Assembly (NCBI GenBank): GCA_033581555.1
Contig: JAVQSZ010000005.1
Span: forward strand, 41,199-105,198
Length of the DNA stretch: 64,000 nt
Direction of reading: 5' to 3'
Source: Nitrososphaerota archaeon
GTDB taxonomy: Archaea; Thermoproteota; Nitrososphaeria_A; Caldarchaeales; Calditenuaceae
Positions 16,640 through 26,092 of this stretch are shown piece after piece. The notes beneath the pieces were generated by a model, which was not told the origin of the DNA, searched no databases, and saw only the letters and a list, made by a program, of their open reading frames with translations. Every line of letters begins with the position of its first letter. Within the stretch, counting starts at the first letter, position 1. The translations under genes and the position numbers were made by a program.

Positions 16640-18647
16640 CGCGCCTCCGCAACCTCCTCGCTACCGCGATCGATATCAGTACGGACAAAGCGAGGGCGGC
16701 GATCGCGAGCAGCGTCTGACCCGAGGGCTGCTCCGACCTGACTGGGGCGGGAGTGGTCGCGGTCTGGACCGCGGCCGCGGGCATAGGCACCTTCACCTCG
16801 ACGAGCTGCTCTAGGACCTCCCGGTCCCCGAACCGGTCCTCGTAGACCACCCTGATCGCTATCTGTCCGGCCCTGAAGCCGCCCCTCAGTTGCAGGTCGA
16901 CCGAGAAGGACTTCTTCTCGCCCGGCGCCACGTCGCCCATGAAGACGCTGCTGGAGCCCGTCACGTCCCTTCCGGCGGCCTCAACCCAGACGTTCCTCAC
17001 CCCCACGTTGCCCTCGTTGAGGAGCTCTCCGGCCACCACGACGCTGTCCCCCTCGCCGAGGCCCGGGATCGACTCGACGTTGAGCACCCGCAACCTGACG
17101 ACGCCTTTCACCAGCAGCCCTATCTCCCTAGACTCGGAGAGCCTCCTCCCTCGCGAGTCGTCGTAGGAGATCGTCAGCGCGACCCTGTACACGCCCTCCT
17201 GCGCGGTCGGAGACGCGGCGATCCTGAAGGCGAGCGTCGCTGCCTCTCCCGGCTTCAGGCTCCCCACCCTCTGCCTGTCCGAGCCCCCCATCACCGCGAG
17301 CGGCGGTGAAGACGCGAGCGAGACGACGACGTTTCCGACGGGCTCCTCGGAGACGTTCCTGAGGACGAGCCTGAGGTCGCCGGTGGTGCCGATCCTCAAG
17401 TCTGAGCTGGCCACCGAGACCTGGAAGACCAGCTCCTCAGGCCTCGCCACGACCAGCCCGACCGACTCGGTCCTCACCCTCTTGACGCCGGTCCTGTCGT
17501 AGTACTCCGCGGTCAGCGTGAGGGCGTAGGCGCCGGGAGAGGCCCCAGGCGAGACGTAGACCTCGAGGGCGTCCCGCACCTCGACCACCTCACCGAGCTT
17601 GACCGCGTCAATCCAAACGGCAGAGGGCCTTAGCACGACGATCGGGGAGCCAGGCTGCGCGGCGAAGGTGAGGAGGAGCTGGGAGACCTCCTCGGTCCCG
17701 TCGTTCGCGACCCTGACCTTCAGGACGTTCCTAGTTCCCGCGACGAGCTCCCTCGGGAGGACCTCGAAGGAGAGCCTGACGGTCCCCCTCAGTTGCACGT
17801 CGAAAGCGTAGACGTAGGTCCTCTTGGTCCCCCACTCGAAGGAGTAGCTGAGGCTGAGCTCGACCCTCGCGGACTTCGCCGACGTTTTGGAAACTAGGTC
17901 GAAGGTTAGCGTTATCAGGGTGCCGGTCAACCTACCCACCGCGGACTTGGCTACCCTGGACCCCGCGGGCGTCTCAAGGCCCCCGGGCAGCCTGAGCTCT
18001 CCTACCACGTCCGAGATCGCCATAGGCTCCGGCAGCCTCAACGAGACGACGAGCCTGCCCGCCGCACCGGCCTCAGGCGGAAGTCCCCCAGACCACGACG
18101 CGTCGACGAGCTCCGGCTTCCCGGGCTCATCGATTAGCCTAACCCTCACCCGCTCGAGGGACCGGCCCGTCGCGAACTCGCCGCGCGCGTCGACGTACTG
18201 GTAACCGAGCCAGACGTAGAGCTCGTAGTCTCCCGGTGCCGCCCGCTTGTCCACGTCCAGCTCGAAGGTTAAATACGTGATCTCGCCAGCCCTCACGGGG
18301 ACGCTGCTGTACGCGAAGGCTCCCGATTCCCCGCCGGACGGGCGGAGGGGCGACCGGTCGAGCACGAGCTCCCCCACGAGCGAGATCAGCGTCTCCCTTC
18401 TCGCGTTGATGACCGCGACAGTGAGGGGCATCGACCTGTCCCCGGGTCCTGCATCGACTTTGGCCCCGGGCCTCCCCCAGTAGGCGTCTAGGACCGAGAC
18501 CTCGTTCGAGGGAGGGAGACGCTCAGCGACAGCAGTCAGGCTCAGGAGGGTCGACGGGGAGAACAGGAGCGCGAGGACGAGCGCGACCGGGACCGCGGAC
18601 CTCAAGGGCCTGCTCACCCTCCTGTGCCTCACACGGATGCGTCCCAC
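16629..18647 (-). CDS. large cell-surface repeat protein (Ig/CARDB-like beta-sandwich repeats) with N-terminal signal anchor and C-terminal TM anchor
   Basis: 672 aa; N-terminal hydrophobic signal, repeated about 100-aa beta-rich segments, C-terminal Thr/Pro linker + TM + RRLRRRGGG; 11-nt overlap with downstream ABC ATPase. Confidence 0.55.
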   Translation of the reverse strand: MGRIRVRHRRVSRPLRSAVPVALVLALLFSPSTLLSLTAVAERLPPSNEVSVLDAYWGRPGAKVDAGPGDRSMPLTVAVINARRETLISLVGELVLDRSPLRPSGGESGAFAYSSVPVRAGEITYLTFELDVDKRAAPGDYELYVWLGYQYVDARGEFATGRSLERVRVRLIDEPGKPELVDASWSGGLPPEAGAAGRLVVSLRLPEPMAISDVVGELRLPGGLETPAGSRVAKSAVGRLTGTLITLTFDLVSKTSAKSARVELSLSYSFEWGTKRTYVYAFDVQLRGTVRLSFEVLPRELVAGTRNVLKVRVANDGTEEVSQLLLTFAAQPGSPIVVLRPSAVWIDAVKLGEVVEVRDALEVYVSPGASPGAYALTLTAEYYDRTGVKRVRTESVGLVVARPEELVFQVSVASSDLRIGTTGDLRLVLRNVSEEPVGNVVVSLASSPPLAVMGGSDRQRVGSLKPGEAATLAFRIAASPTAQEGVYRVALTISYDDSRGRRLSESREIGLLVKGVVRLRVLNVESIPGLGEGDSVVVAGELLNEGNVGVRNVWVEAAGRDVTGSSSVFMGDVAPGEKKSFSVDLQLRGGFRAGQIAIRVVYEDRFGDREVLEQLVEVKVPMPAAAVQTATTPAPVRSEQPSGQTLLAIAALALSVLISIAVARRLRRRGGG

Positions 18648-19375
18648 TCCTCGACGAAGACGACCTTCGTCACGCCCTTCAGGTGCTCCAGTATCTCCCT
18701 CGCGAGGGCCCTCTTCGCCAACTGGATCCCCGAAATCAGGTAGACCTCTTTCGGGAACCTCACGACGACCTTCCCGTCCTCGAGGCTGACCTGCGTGTTC
18801 CCCTTGTTCACCTCAGGGATCCGGGAGTGGAGCAGCGCATAGACCTTCTCGAGGTCTTCGGAGATGATCCTCCTCACCTTCAGGTCGCAGACCAGCGTCT
18901 TCCCGGCGAGGTGGTGGTTGAAGTCGACCTGGACCCTCCCCGAGGATATGCTCCTCACGACGCACTCCTTCCCGTCGATGATCAGCCTGGTCCCGACCGT
19001 GATCGGCTGGTCCACGTCCCTCAGCCTCCTCAGCGGTATCACCTTGACCTTGTTCGGGTCCCTCTGCCCGAAGGCCCTCTCCGGCGGTATCTCGAAGGTC
19101 TTCGACTCGTCCTCGCGCATCCCCAGCATCTCCTCCTCGATCGCCCTGAGGAGCATGCCCCTCCCGACGACCGTCAGCCTCGGCTCGAAGGCGCCTGCTC
19201 CGGACTCGATCCCCGCCTCCTTCGCGACCTCCTCCAGCGTGGTGTCGACCAGCTCCCCCGTCTCCTTCACCCTGAGCGTGTAGTCGACCTCGACGAAGCT
19301 CCCCTGCTCGACGACCTTGCCCGTCGCGCCCGCCTGCGCCTCCGCCATCACCAGAGCAGAGGCCTCTGCGTCCAT
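18629..19375 (-). CDS. long-type archaeal FKBP peptidyl-prolyl cis-trans isomerase (SlyD-like, with IF and C-terminal domains)
   Basis: 248 aa; FKBP core VDYTLRVKETGELVDTT...FEPRLTVVGRG...MLGMREDESKTFEIPPERAFGQRDP plus C-terminal extension. Confidence 0.8.
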   Translation of the reverse strand: MDAEASALVMAEAQAGATGKVVEQGSFVEVDYTLRVKETGELVDTTLEEVAKEAGIESGAGAFEPRLTVVGRGMLLRAIEEEMLGMREDESKTFEIPPERAFGQRDPNKVKVIPLRRLRDVDQPITVGTRLIIDGKECVVRSISSGRVQVDFNHHLAGKTLVCDLKVRRIISEDLEKVYALLHSRIPEVNKGNTQVSLEDGKVVVRFPKEVYLISGIQLAKRALAREILEHLKGVTKVVFVEEWDASV

Positions 19376-19494
19376 AAAAATCCGAGGAGCAGATCGCTGA
19401 GCGCCGTCCTCCTCACGGTCGCGGAGCGACTAGGGATCCTGCTCAGGGCCCGGAGAGACAGTTATTACCGGAGGAGAACCGTTCGGTCCGTGAC

Positions 19495-19803
19495 ATGAAG
19501 GAGACTGTCGAGGTCGTGAAGAGGGTCGAGGAGGAGCTCGACGGCCTCGAGTCGCGGGTCGAGGAGTTCGCGAGGCAGCTCGAGGAGCGGGCCGCGAGGC
19601 AGCTCGAGGAGCTGAGGGGAAAGGTGAGGGAGCTGGTCGAGTCTGAGAGGAGGAGGCGTGCGGCGGACCTGGAGGAGCAGCTCAGGGCCTACTCGGCCGA
19701 GGCGGGCGCGAAGTACGCGAAGAGGGTCGAGGAGCTCAGAAGGAGGTTCTCGGAGAGGAGGGAGGAGATAACTCAGGCTCTCGTGAAGGCGATCCTCGGC
19801 TGA
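19495..19803 (+). CDS. small coiled-coil protein (possibly A/V-ATPase peripheral stalk subunit H/E-like)
   Basis: 102 aa, entirely charged heptad-like helix; sits 6 nt upstream of ATPase subunit C gene. Confidence 0.35.
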   Translation: MKETVEVVKRVEEELDGLESRVEEFARQLEERAARQLEELRGKVRELVESERRRRAADLEEQLRAYSAEAGAKYAKRVEELRRRFSERREEITQALVKAILG

Positions 19804-19809
19804 TCGGGG

Positions 19810-20850
19810 ATGGACTCGAGGTTCGTCTACGTCCTCGCCTTTGCGACCAGGGGCAAGCTGCTGGAGAGGAGGGCGCTGGAGGACCTCGCCGACTCGAGGA
19901 CCCTCGAGGACTTGGTCACCGCGCTCAGGGCCACTCACTACTCGGAGGCGGTCTCGGAGCTCCCGCTGCCAGTCACCGCCAGGAGGGTCGAGCTGGCGCT
20001 CAGGAGGTACCTCTACCGCTACCACCACTCGCTCGTCAAGTACACATCATGGAACCCCGCGCTGGTCGCCCTCTTCGAGAGGTACGTCGTCAGGGAGCTC
20101 AAGGCCGCGGTCAGGGGCATCGCGTCAGGTAAGACGGTCGACGAGGTGACGAGGGAGGTAGACCTCACGCCCGCCGAGCTCCTGGGCGTCAGAGACGTGA
20201 TCGCGAGGGCCGTGGCTTCCAGGTCCGCGACCGAGCTCAGGCAGGCCCTCAGGGGGACGAAGTACGAGGCACCGGTCGGCTCCGCGCTCGACTACTTCGA
20301 GAGGACGGGGGACCCAGCCGCGATAGACGTCGAGTTTGACAAGTCGATCGCCGGGTCCCTCTCGTCATCGATCCGCGCCCTCAGGTGGCCCGACAGGAGG
20401 TGGGTCAGGTGGATGCTCGAGCGCTACATCAACTCGTTCGTCGTCGAGGCGGTCCTCAGGGCGAAGGCCTGGAGGCTCGAGCCGGGGGAGGTCAGGAGGG
20501 CGATCGAGGGCCTCGAGCACGGGATACCGCGCCCCGTGATGGAGGTCCTGCTGGAGAGCTTAGAGGCCGAGGCGATCTCGAGGGCCCTTCAGCTCGTCGA
20601 GGGGAGGAGCTTGCCGCGGCTGACCGAGAGGCTGAGCCTAACCGCGATGGCCTCCCAGCTGAGGGAGAGGGCGTGGAGGGACCTGGTCTCCAGGGCCAAG
20701 AGGACGTTCTTGGTCACCGACTCGCACCTTGCCCTCGCAGTGGCCTCGGTCTTCCTCCTCGAGGACGAGGTCGCTAGGGTCACGTCGATAGCGACCGGTA
20801 TCGAGATGGGCCTCAGGAAGGAGGAGATACTCGAGGTCGCCCTCTTCTGA
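19810..20850 (+). CDS. atpC: A/V-type ATP synthase subunit C (d-subunit family)
   Basis: 346 aa; N-terminus FVYVLAFATRGKLLERRALEDL...TALRATHYS parallels V-ATPase subunit d N-terminus; length and all-helical character fit. Confidence 0.65.
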   Translation: MDSRFVYVLAFATRGKLLERRALEDLADSRTLEDLVTALRATHYSEAVSELPLPVTARRVELALRRYLYRYHHSLVKYTSWNPALVALFERYVVRELKAAVRGIASGKTVDEVTREVDLTPAELLGVRDVIARAVASRSATELRQALRGTKYEAPVGSALDYFERTGDPAAIDVEFDKSIAGSLSSSIRALRWPDRRWVRWMLERYINSFVVEAVLRAKAWRLEPGEVRRAIEGLEHGIPRPVMEVLLESLEAEAISRALQLVEGRSLPRLTERLSLTAMASQLRERAWRDLVSRAKRTFLVTDSHLALAVASVFLLEDEVARVTSIATGIEMGLRKEEILEVALF

Positions 20851-20945
20851 GGTCAGCTAAGGGGGAGGCTCGCGAGAGCGTCCGTGACGATCAGATCCTG
20901 AGAAGGAAAAAGGGAGCTCGAGACTGGAGAGTCAGGCGGAGAGCC

Positions 20946-23303
20946 TCACCTCGCGGCGGACTTGATCGCCCTGAGGACCTTCTCCGGCGTCAGCGGCATG
21001 TCGACGTGCTTGACCCCGAGGTGCGCCAACGCGTCGAGGACCGCGTTCACTACTGCCGGCGTGGAGGCTATCGTCCCCGCCTCTCCGATCCCCTTCACCC
21101 CTAGCGGGTTGTGCGGCGAGGGCGTGACCGTCGAGTCCGTCACGATGTCCGGGATCTCCACGGCGGTCGGGACCAAGTAGTCGTTCAGCGTGGAGGTGAG
21201 GAGGTTGCCAGACGCGTCGTAGACCGCCTCCTCGTAGAGCGCTTGCGCGAGCCCCTGCGCGATGCCCCCGTGGATCTGACCCTCGACGATCATCGGGTTG
21301 ATCTGGTTGCCGCAGTCGTCGACAGCGACGTACTTCAACAGCTCGACCCGGCCGCTCTCCGGGTCCACCTCGACGACGCAGACGTGCGTCCCGAACGGGA
21401 AGGTGAAGTTCTGCGGGTCGTAGAAGACCGTCGCCTCGAGGCCGGGCTCCATCCCGCTGGGGATCTCGTTGGCTCCGGCTCCGTAGGCTGCGAGCGCGAC
21501 CTCCTGTATCGTCTTGGACCTCTCCGGCGCCTCCCTGACGTAGAACTTCCCCGCCTCGAAGACCAGGTCCTCCTCCCTCACCTCGAGCATGTGGGCCGCT
21601 ATCCTCCTCGCCTTCTCCAATACCCTGTCGCACGCCAACGCGATCGCTCCTCCCGCGACCGGAGTCGTCCTGCTCCCGTAGGTCCCCATCCCGAAAGGCA
21701 CCTGATCGGTGTCGCCGTGGATCACCTCGACGTCCTCGAACGGCACGCCGAGCTTGTCCGCGACGATCTGGGCGAATGTCGTCTCCTCGCCCTGGCCGTG
21801 CGGGTGACCTCCAGTGAAGACCGAGACCTTCCCGCTCGGGTGGACCCTAACGACCGCGCTCTCCCAGAGGCCGAGCCCGAACCCCAGCGACCTCACCGCG
21901 GCCGACGGACCCATCCCGCAGATCTCGACGTAACTCGAGATCCCGACCCCGATCAGCCTGCCCCTCTCCCTCGCCCTCCTCTGCTCCTCCCTCCACTTCC
22001 GGTACTCCGCGAGCTCCAGCGCCCTCCTGAAGGCCCTCTCGTAGTCGCCGCTGTCGTAGACGAGGGCTATCGGGGTCTGGTAAGGGAACCTGTCCTTCGG
22101 TATGAAGTTCCTCGCCCTGACATCCGCGGGGTCCATTCCGAGTTCCCTCGCGACGAGGTCCATTACCCGCTCGAGGATGTAGGTCGCCTCAGGCCTGCCC
22201 GCGCCCCTGTAGGCGTCGACCGGGGCCGTGTTGGTCAACGCCCCTACGACCTCGACCGATATACCCTTGATCGCGTACGGGCCCGAGAGCATCGGTCCGA
22301 AGAGGATCGTCGGGATGCCGGGGGCAGCGGTGGAGATGTAAGCACCGAGGTTCGCGTAGGACTTCACCTTCAGGCCCAGGACCTTTCCGTCCTTCGTCGC
22401 CGCGGCCTCGACGTACTGGACGTGGTCCCTGCCGTGGATCGTGGAGGTGAAGTTCTCCTCCCTGGACTCGACCCACTTGACCGGGAGCTCCAGCCTCTTC
22501 GCGAGGTGCAGGACCACGGCCTCAGGGCCGTAGCAGTGGATCTTCGACCCGAAGCCTCCTCCGACGTCGTAGGAGACGACCCTCAGCTTATGTTCGGGTA
22601 TCCCGGTGATCACCGAGAGGAGGAACCTGTGGACGTGCGGGTTCTGCGATGTCAAGTAGACAGTCGACCTGTCCGAGAACCTGTCGTAGACCGCGAGCGC
22701 GGCCCTCGTCTCCAGCGCGGTGGGCTGGAGCCTCGAGTTCACCATCCTCTGCTTCACCACGACGTCCGCCTGCGAGAACGCGCCCTCGACGTCGCCTCCC
22801 GACGCCCTCCAGGTGAAGGCCCTGTTGTCCGGGACCTCGTCGTAGAGCTGTGGGGCGCCAGGCTGGACCGCCTTCTCCGGGTCGGTCACCGCGGGGAGCT
22901 GCTCGAACTCGGCCTTCACGAGCCCTGCCGCGTCCGCGGCCGCGTAGGGAGAGCGGGCGACGACGACCGCATAGGGATCGCCGACGTACCTCACCCTGTC
23001 GACCGCGACCGGCATGTACTTCGGGACCTTGAGGTCCGCTCCGGGTATCAGCCAGGCTGTCGGCACTGGGCCCATCGAGTCCGCGAGGTCGCGGCCAGTG
23101 AAGGCCGCGATCACGCCGTCGGCCTTCAGTGCCCTCGAGACGTCGACCGACTTGATCCTCGCGTGGGCGTACGGGCTCCTCACGAAGTGGGCGTAGACCG
23201 TGCCCGGGAGCGTGATGTCCGCGGTGAACCTCCCCTTTCCGGTGATCAGCCTCGGGTCCTCCTTCCTCTTAACCTTGGCACCGAACAGCTTAGTTACCGC
23301 CAT
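20946..23303 (-). CDS. molybdopterin-dependent hydroxylase large subunit (xanthine dehydrogenase / CoxL / aldehyde oxidoreductase family)
   Basis: About 785 aa from internal Met MAVTKLFGAKVKRKEDPRLITGKGRF (ORF extends to 23345); Ald_Xan_dh_C motifs, GGGFG, terminal glutamate region; no adjacent small/medium subunits. Confidence 0.8.
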   Translation of the reverse strand: MAVTKLFGAKVKRKEDPRLITGKGRFTADITLPGTVYAHFVRSPYAHARIKSVDVSRALKADGVIAAFTGRDLADSMGPVPTAWLIPGADLKVPKYMPVAVDRVRYVGDPYAVVVARSPYAAADAAGLVKAEFEQLPAVTDPEKAVQPGAPQLYDEVPDNRAFTWRASGGDVEGAFSQADVVVKQRMVNSRLQPTALETRAALAVYDRFSDRSTVYLTSQNPHVHRFLLSVITGIPEHKLRVVSYDVGGGFGSKIHCYGPEAVVLHLAKRLELPVKWVESREENFTSTIHGRDHVQYVEAAATKDGKVLGLKVKSYANLGAYISTAAPGIPTILFGPMLSGPYAIKGISVEVVGALTNTAPVDAYRGAGRPEATYILERVMDLVARELGMDPADVRARNFIPKDRFPYQTPIALVYDSGDYERAFRRALELAEYRKWREEQRRARERGRLIGVGISSYVEICGMGPSAAVRSLGFGLGLWESAVVRVHPSGKVSVFTGGHPHGQGEETTFAQIVADKLGVPFEDVEVIHGDTDQVPFGMGTYGSRTTPVAGGAIALACDRVLEKARRIAAHMLEVREEDLVFEAGKFYVREAPERSKTIQEVALAAYGAGANEIPSGMEPGLEATVFYDPQNFTFPFGTHVCVVEVDPESGRVELLKYVAVDDCGNQINPMIVEGQIHGGIAQGLAQALYEEAVYDASGNLLTSTLNDYLVPTAVEIPDIVTDSTVTPSPHNPLGVKGIGEAGTIASTPAVVNAVLDALAHLGVKHVDMPLTPEKVLRAIKSAAR

Positions 23304-23362
23304 GCACCGTGACGATCTCCGACCGATAGAAAATTTTTTCGACAAACACGAAGTCGAGGTTA

Positions 23363-23821
23363 GTGGACATGTCGGGAGGCGAGGGCGCCGCGGTCAAGAC
23401 CAGGACGAGGAGGGAGAGATCGGCGGGGTGCGTCGTCTTCCACGTCTCACCGGACGGTCAGAGGAGGTACCTCGTGCTCCATTACCCGAACGGGCACTGG
23501 GACTTCCCGAAGGGCCACGTCGAGAGGGGCGAGGACGACTTCGAGGCGGCCCTGAGGGAGCTCAAGGAGGAGACAGGGATCTCTCAGGTCGAGCCGGTCC
23601 TCGGCTTCAGGCGTGAGGTCTCGTACTTCTTCACGGACTCGGGCGAGCGGGTCGCCAAGACGGTCGTCTACTTCGCGGTGAGGGCCCTGAGCCCAGAGGT
23701 CAGACTCTCTGAGGAACACTTGAGTTACGAGTGGCTCGCCTACGAGGACGCGATGAAGAGGCTCTCCTTCAGGACCTCGAGGGCGCTGCTCGAGGAGGTC
23801 GAGAGGCTGCTCGCGTCGTAG
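23363..23821 (+). CDS. NUDIX hydrolase
   Basis: Nudix box GHWDFPKGHVERGEDDFEAALRELKEETG. Confidence 0.8.
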   Translation: MDMSGGEGAAVKTRTRRERSAGCVVFHVSPDGQRRYLVLHYPNGHWDFPKGHVERGEDDFEAALRELKEETGISQVEPVLGFRREVSYFFTDSGERVAKTVVYFAVRALSPEVRLSEEHLSYEWLAYEDAMKRLSFRTSRALLEEVERLLAS

Positions 23822-23866
23822 TACGGAGCTCCGCCGGCTTAAGGTCCAGCCCCACGACCTCGGGCG

Positions 23867-24199
23867 TCAGAGGACCTGCGCTCCCTGATGTATGTCCCTC
23901 TCCGGGACGATCGGCACGACGTTGGACTCGTCGGTCATCGCTGCCAGTATCATGCACTCCGAGACCAGCCCCTTAACCTTCTTCGGCCTGAGGTTGGTCA
24001 CGAAGACGAACTTCCTGTTGATGAAGTGCTCCGGGCCGTAGAGGTGCCCCAGTCCCGCGAGCGCCTGCTTCCTGAACGTCCCGAAGTCGACCGTCAGCCT
24101 GATCAGTCTGTCCGTGCCCTGGACCCTCTCAGCCTCGATCACCATCCCGACCCTGATGTCCGCGCGCCTGAACTCAGAGATGTCCAGCTCCGATGACAA
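23867..24199 (-). CDS. tRNA-binding domain protein (CsaA/Trbp111, EMAP-II-like OB fold)
   Basis: 110 aa; RVGMVIEAERV...KLIRLTVDFG...LVSECMILAA pattern of MetRS C-terminal-like tRNA-binding domain. Confidence 0.7.
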   Translation of the reverse strand: MSSELDISEFRRADIRVGMVIEAERVQGTDRLIRLTVDFGTFRKQALAGLGHLYGPEHFINRKFVFVTNLRPKKVKGLVSECMILAAMTDESNVVPIVPERDIHQGAQVL

Positions 24200-24349
24200 G
24201 CCGCTCCCTGTCTCGCGGACCTGGTTGATTAAGGTGGCGAGGCAAAGGTAAGGAAGCTGCCTCCCGATCGGGGATTACGGGCCCGATGCCTCATACGGAT
24301 ATCGCGCACTCCAGTTAAATACGGATCGAGGCGACGGCACGGGGGTAGG

Positions 24350-26092
24350 ATGGTCAAGGTCCACGGGCCGCTCGAGGAGGCGAGGCCTGCGCTGAGGAGG
24401 GTCTACGTCAGGGAGGTGGTGCTCGAGAACTTCATGTCGCACGAGTACAGCAGGGTCAGGGTCTCCAGAGGGATCAACCTGATCACCGGACCTAACGGCG
24501 CCGGGAAGTCCTCGATATTGCTCGGGATATCGGTCGCGCTGGGCCAGAGCTACACCGAGAGGGGCGAGAGGCTCGCGGACCTCATCAGGAGGGGCAGGGA
24601 CTCGGCGAGGGTATCGGTCGTGCTCGACAACTCGCCGGTCGACGGCGAGCGCCCCGTCAGGTCCATCCCGCTGGACACCATCACGATCACCCGTTACATC
24701 AAGAGGACCGGGGAGTACTGGCACTACGTCAACAACAGGTTCAGGACGAAGGCCGAGGTCGACCAGCTCCTCAGGTCGCTGGGGATCAACCCGAACAACC
24801 TCCTGATCGTGATGCACCAGAACATGATAGAGGAGTTCGCGGCCCGCGACGACTCCGAGAAGCTCAGGATGCTCGAGGACGCGGTCGGGCTATCCTCAAT
24901 GAGGGAGAGGATCCTGCAGGCTCAGGAGAGGCTCTCGTCCCTAATGGGCGAGGTGAACGCCGTGAGGAGGGCCCTCGAGGAGGCAGCGGCCGCCGTCGAG
25001 TACTGGAAGTCCGAGGTCGAGAAGCTCTCGAGGAAGAGGGAGCTCGAGTCGAGGAGGACGGCCCTTGAGCTGGAGTTCCTCTGGAGCCTCGCGAGGTCGA
25101 CCGAGCTCGCTGTGAGGAGGAAGTCGGAGCTGCTCGATCAGGTCAGGTCGGAGCTCTTTGGTCTCAGGGCCGAGGAGGCCGAGGTCTCCGAGACGCTGAG
25201 GTCGAGGAGGTCGGCGCTCGCGGAGCTGCTGAGGTCGGGAGGCGGCGACGTCGAGTCGGTCCTGAGGGAAGTCGACGGGCTGATCGAACTGGCGGCGCGG
25301 AGGGGCGTGATCGGGTACAGGATCGGCGAGCTGGAGAGGGAGGGCAGGGCCCTCGAGAGGGAGATCAGGGCCCTCGAGAGGGAGCTCGACGAGAGGGTCA
25401 GGGCCGCGTCGGAGAGGGGGCCGCGGGTCGAGACCGACCGGGAGCCCTCCGAGGTCCAGGAGGAGCTGAAGTTCGTCGCGCTCCAGCTCTCCTCGTTCGG
25501 GACCGTCGTCGGCGAGGCGGAGGAGATGTACTTCATGGCGGACTCGAAGTTCAGGAGCCTCCAGATCAGGGCCGAGGAGCTGGAGCAGAACGTCAGGAGG
25601 GCGCTCGAGGAGGTCGAGCACCGGAAGAGGGTCTGGAGGGAGAAGCTCGAGGAGCTGGTCAGCGAGGTCAACCCCGTCTACGATGAGATCCTCTCCAGCG
25701 TTGGAGGCACCGGCGCGATCAGGGTCAGGGGGCTCGAGGACCCGGCGACCGCGAGGCTCGAGCTCTACGCCGGCTTCAGGGGCAACCCGGCGACGCTCCT
25801 CGACGCGAGGGCCCACAGCGGCGGCGAGAGGGTGCTGGCGACGCTGGGCTTCCTACTCGCGGTCCAATCGAGGGTCAAGTCGCCCTTCAGGGCCGTCGAC
25901 GAGTTCGACGTCCACCTCGACCCGCTGAACAGGGAGAGGATGATGACGATGCTGCTCGAGACCGCCCGGAGGCACGGCGACGTCCAGTACATCATCATCA
26001 CGCCCGGCAGGGTCCCCGAGATGGAGGGCGTCAACCTGATCGTGGTCCAGAACGTCTCGGGCCGCTCCATCGTGACCGGTGGTCAGGGATGA
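24350..26092 (+). CDS. SMC-like ABC ATPase with short (about 250 aa) coiled coil
   Basis: 580 aa; N-terminal LENFMSHEY...ITGPNGAGKSSIL (Walker A), Q-loop-like VMHQN, long coiled coil, C-terminal signature HSGGERVLATL and Walker B VDEFDVHLD; no Zn-hook CxxC so not Rad50. Confidence 0.75.
   Translation: MVKVHGPLEEARPALRRVYVREVVLENFMSHEYSRVRVSRGINLITGPNGAGKSSILLGISVALGQSYTERGERLADLIRRGRDSARVSVVLDNSPVDGERPVRSIPLDTITITRYIKRTGEYWHYVNNRFRTKAEVDQLLRSLGINPNNLLIVMHQNMIEEFAARDDSEKLRMLEDAVGLSSMRERILQAQERLSSLMGEVNAVRRALEEAAAAVEYWKSEVEKLSRKRELESRRTALELEFLWSLARSTELAVRRKSELLDQVRSELFGLRAEEAEVSETLRSRRSALAELLRSGGGDVESVLREVDGLIELAARRGVIGYRIGELEREGRALEREIRALERELDERVRAASERGPRVETDREPSEVQEELKFVALQLSSFGTVVGEAEEMYFMADSKFRSLQIRAEELEQNVRRALEEVEHRKRVWREKLEELVSEVNPVYDEILSSVGGTGAIRVRGLEDPATARLELYAGFRGNPATLLDARAHSGGERVLATLGFLLAVQSRVKSPFRAVDEFDVHLDPLNRERMMTMLLETARRHGDVQYIIITPGRVPEMEGVNLIVVQNVSGRSIVTGGQG

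Noticed and set aside
21111-23312. 733-aa ORF on plus strand
   Set aside because: Entirely antisense to the Mo-hydroxylase large-subunit gene. Arg/Asp/Pro-rich low-complexity translation typical of GC-rich antisense frames.
25351-25392. 21-nt tandem duplication AGGGCCCTCGAGAGGGAG(A/C)TC
   Set aside because: Lies inside SMC-like coiled coil encoding ALEREIRALEREL heptads. Ordinary coiled-coil repetition, not a CRISPR or mobile repeat.
24941-25816. 291-aa minus-strand ORF and 177-aa ORF
   Set aside because: Antisense to SMC-like coiled-coil region (repetitive E/R/L codons give open antisense frames).
24350-26092. Rad50 assignment for the SMC-like gene (because nurA-herA are in the window)
   Set aside because: Only 580 aa, no CxxC zinc hook in the coiled coil, no adjacent Mre11, and it is 37 kb from nurA-herA.
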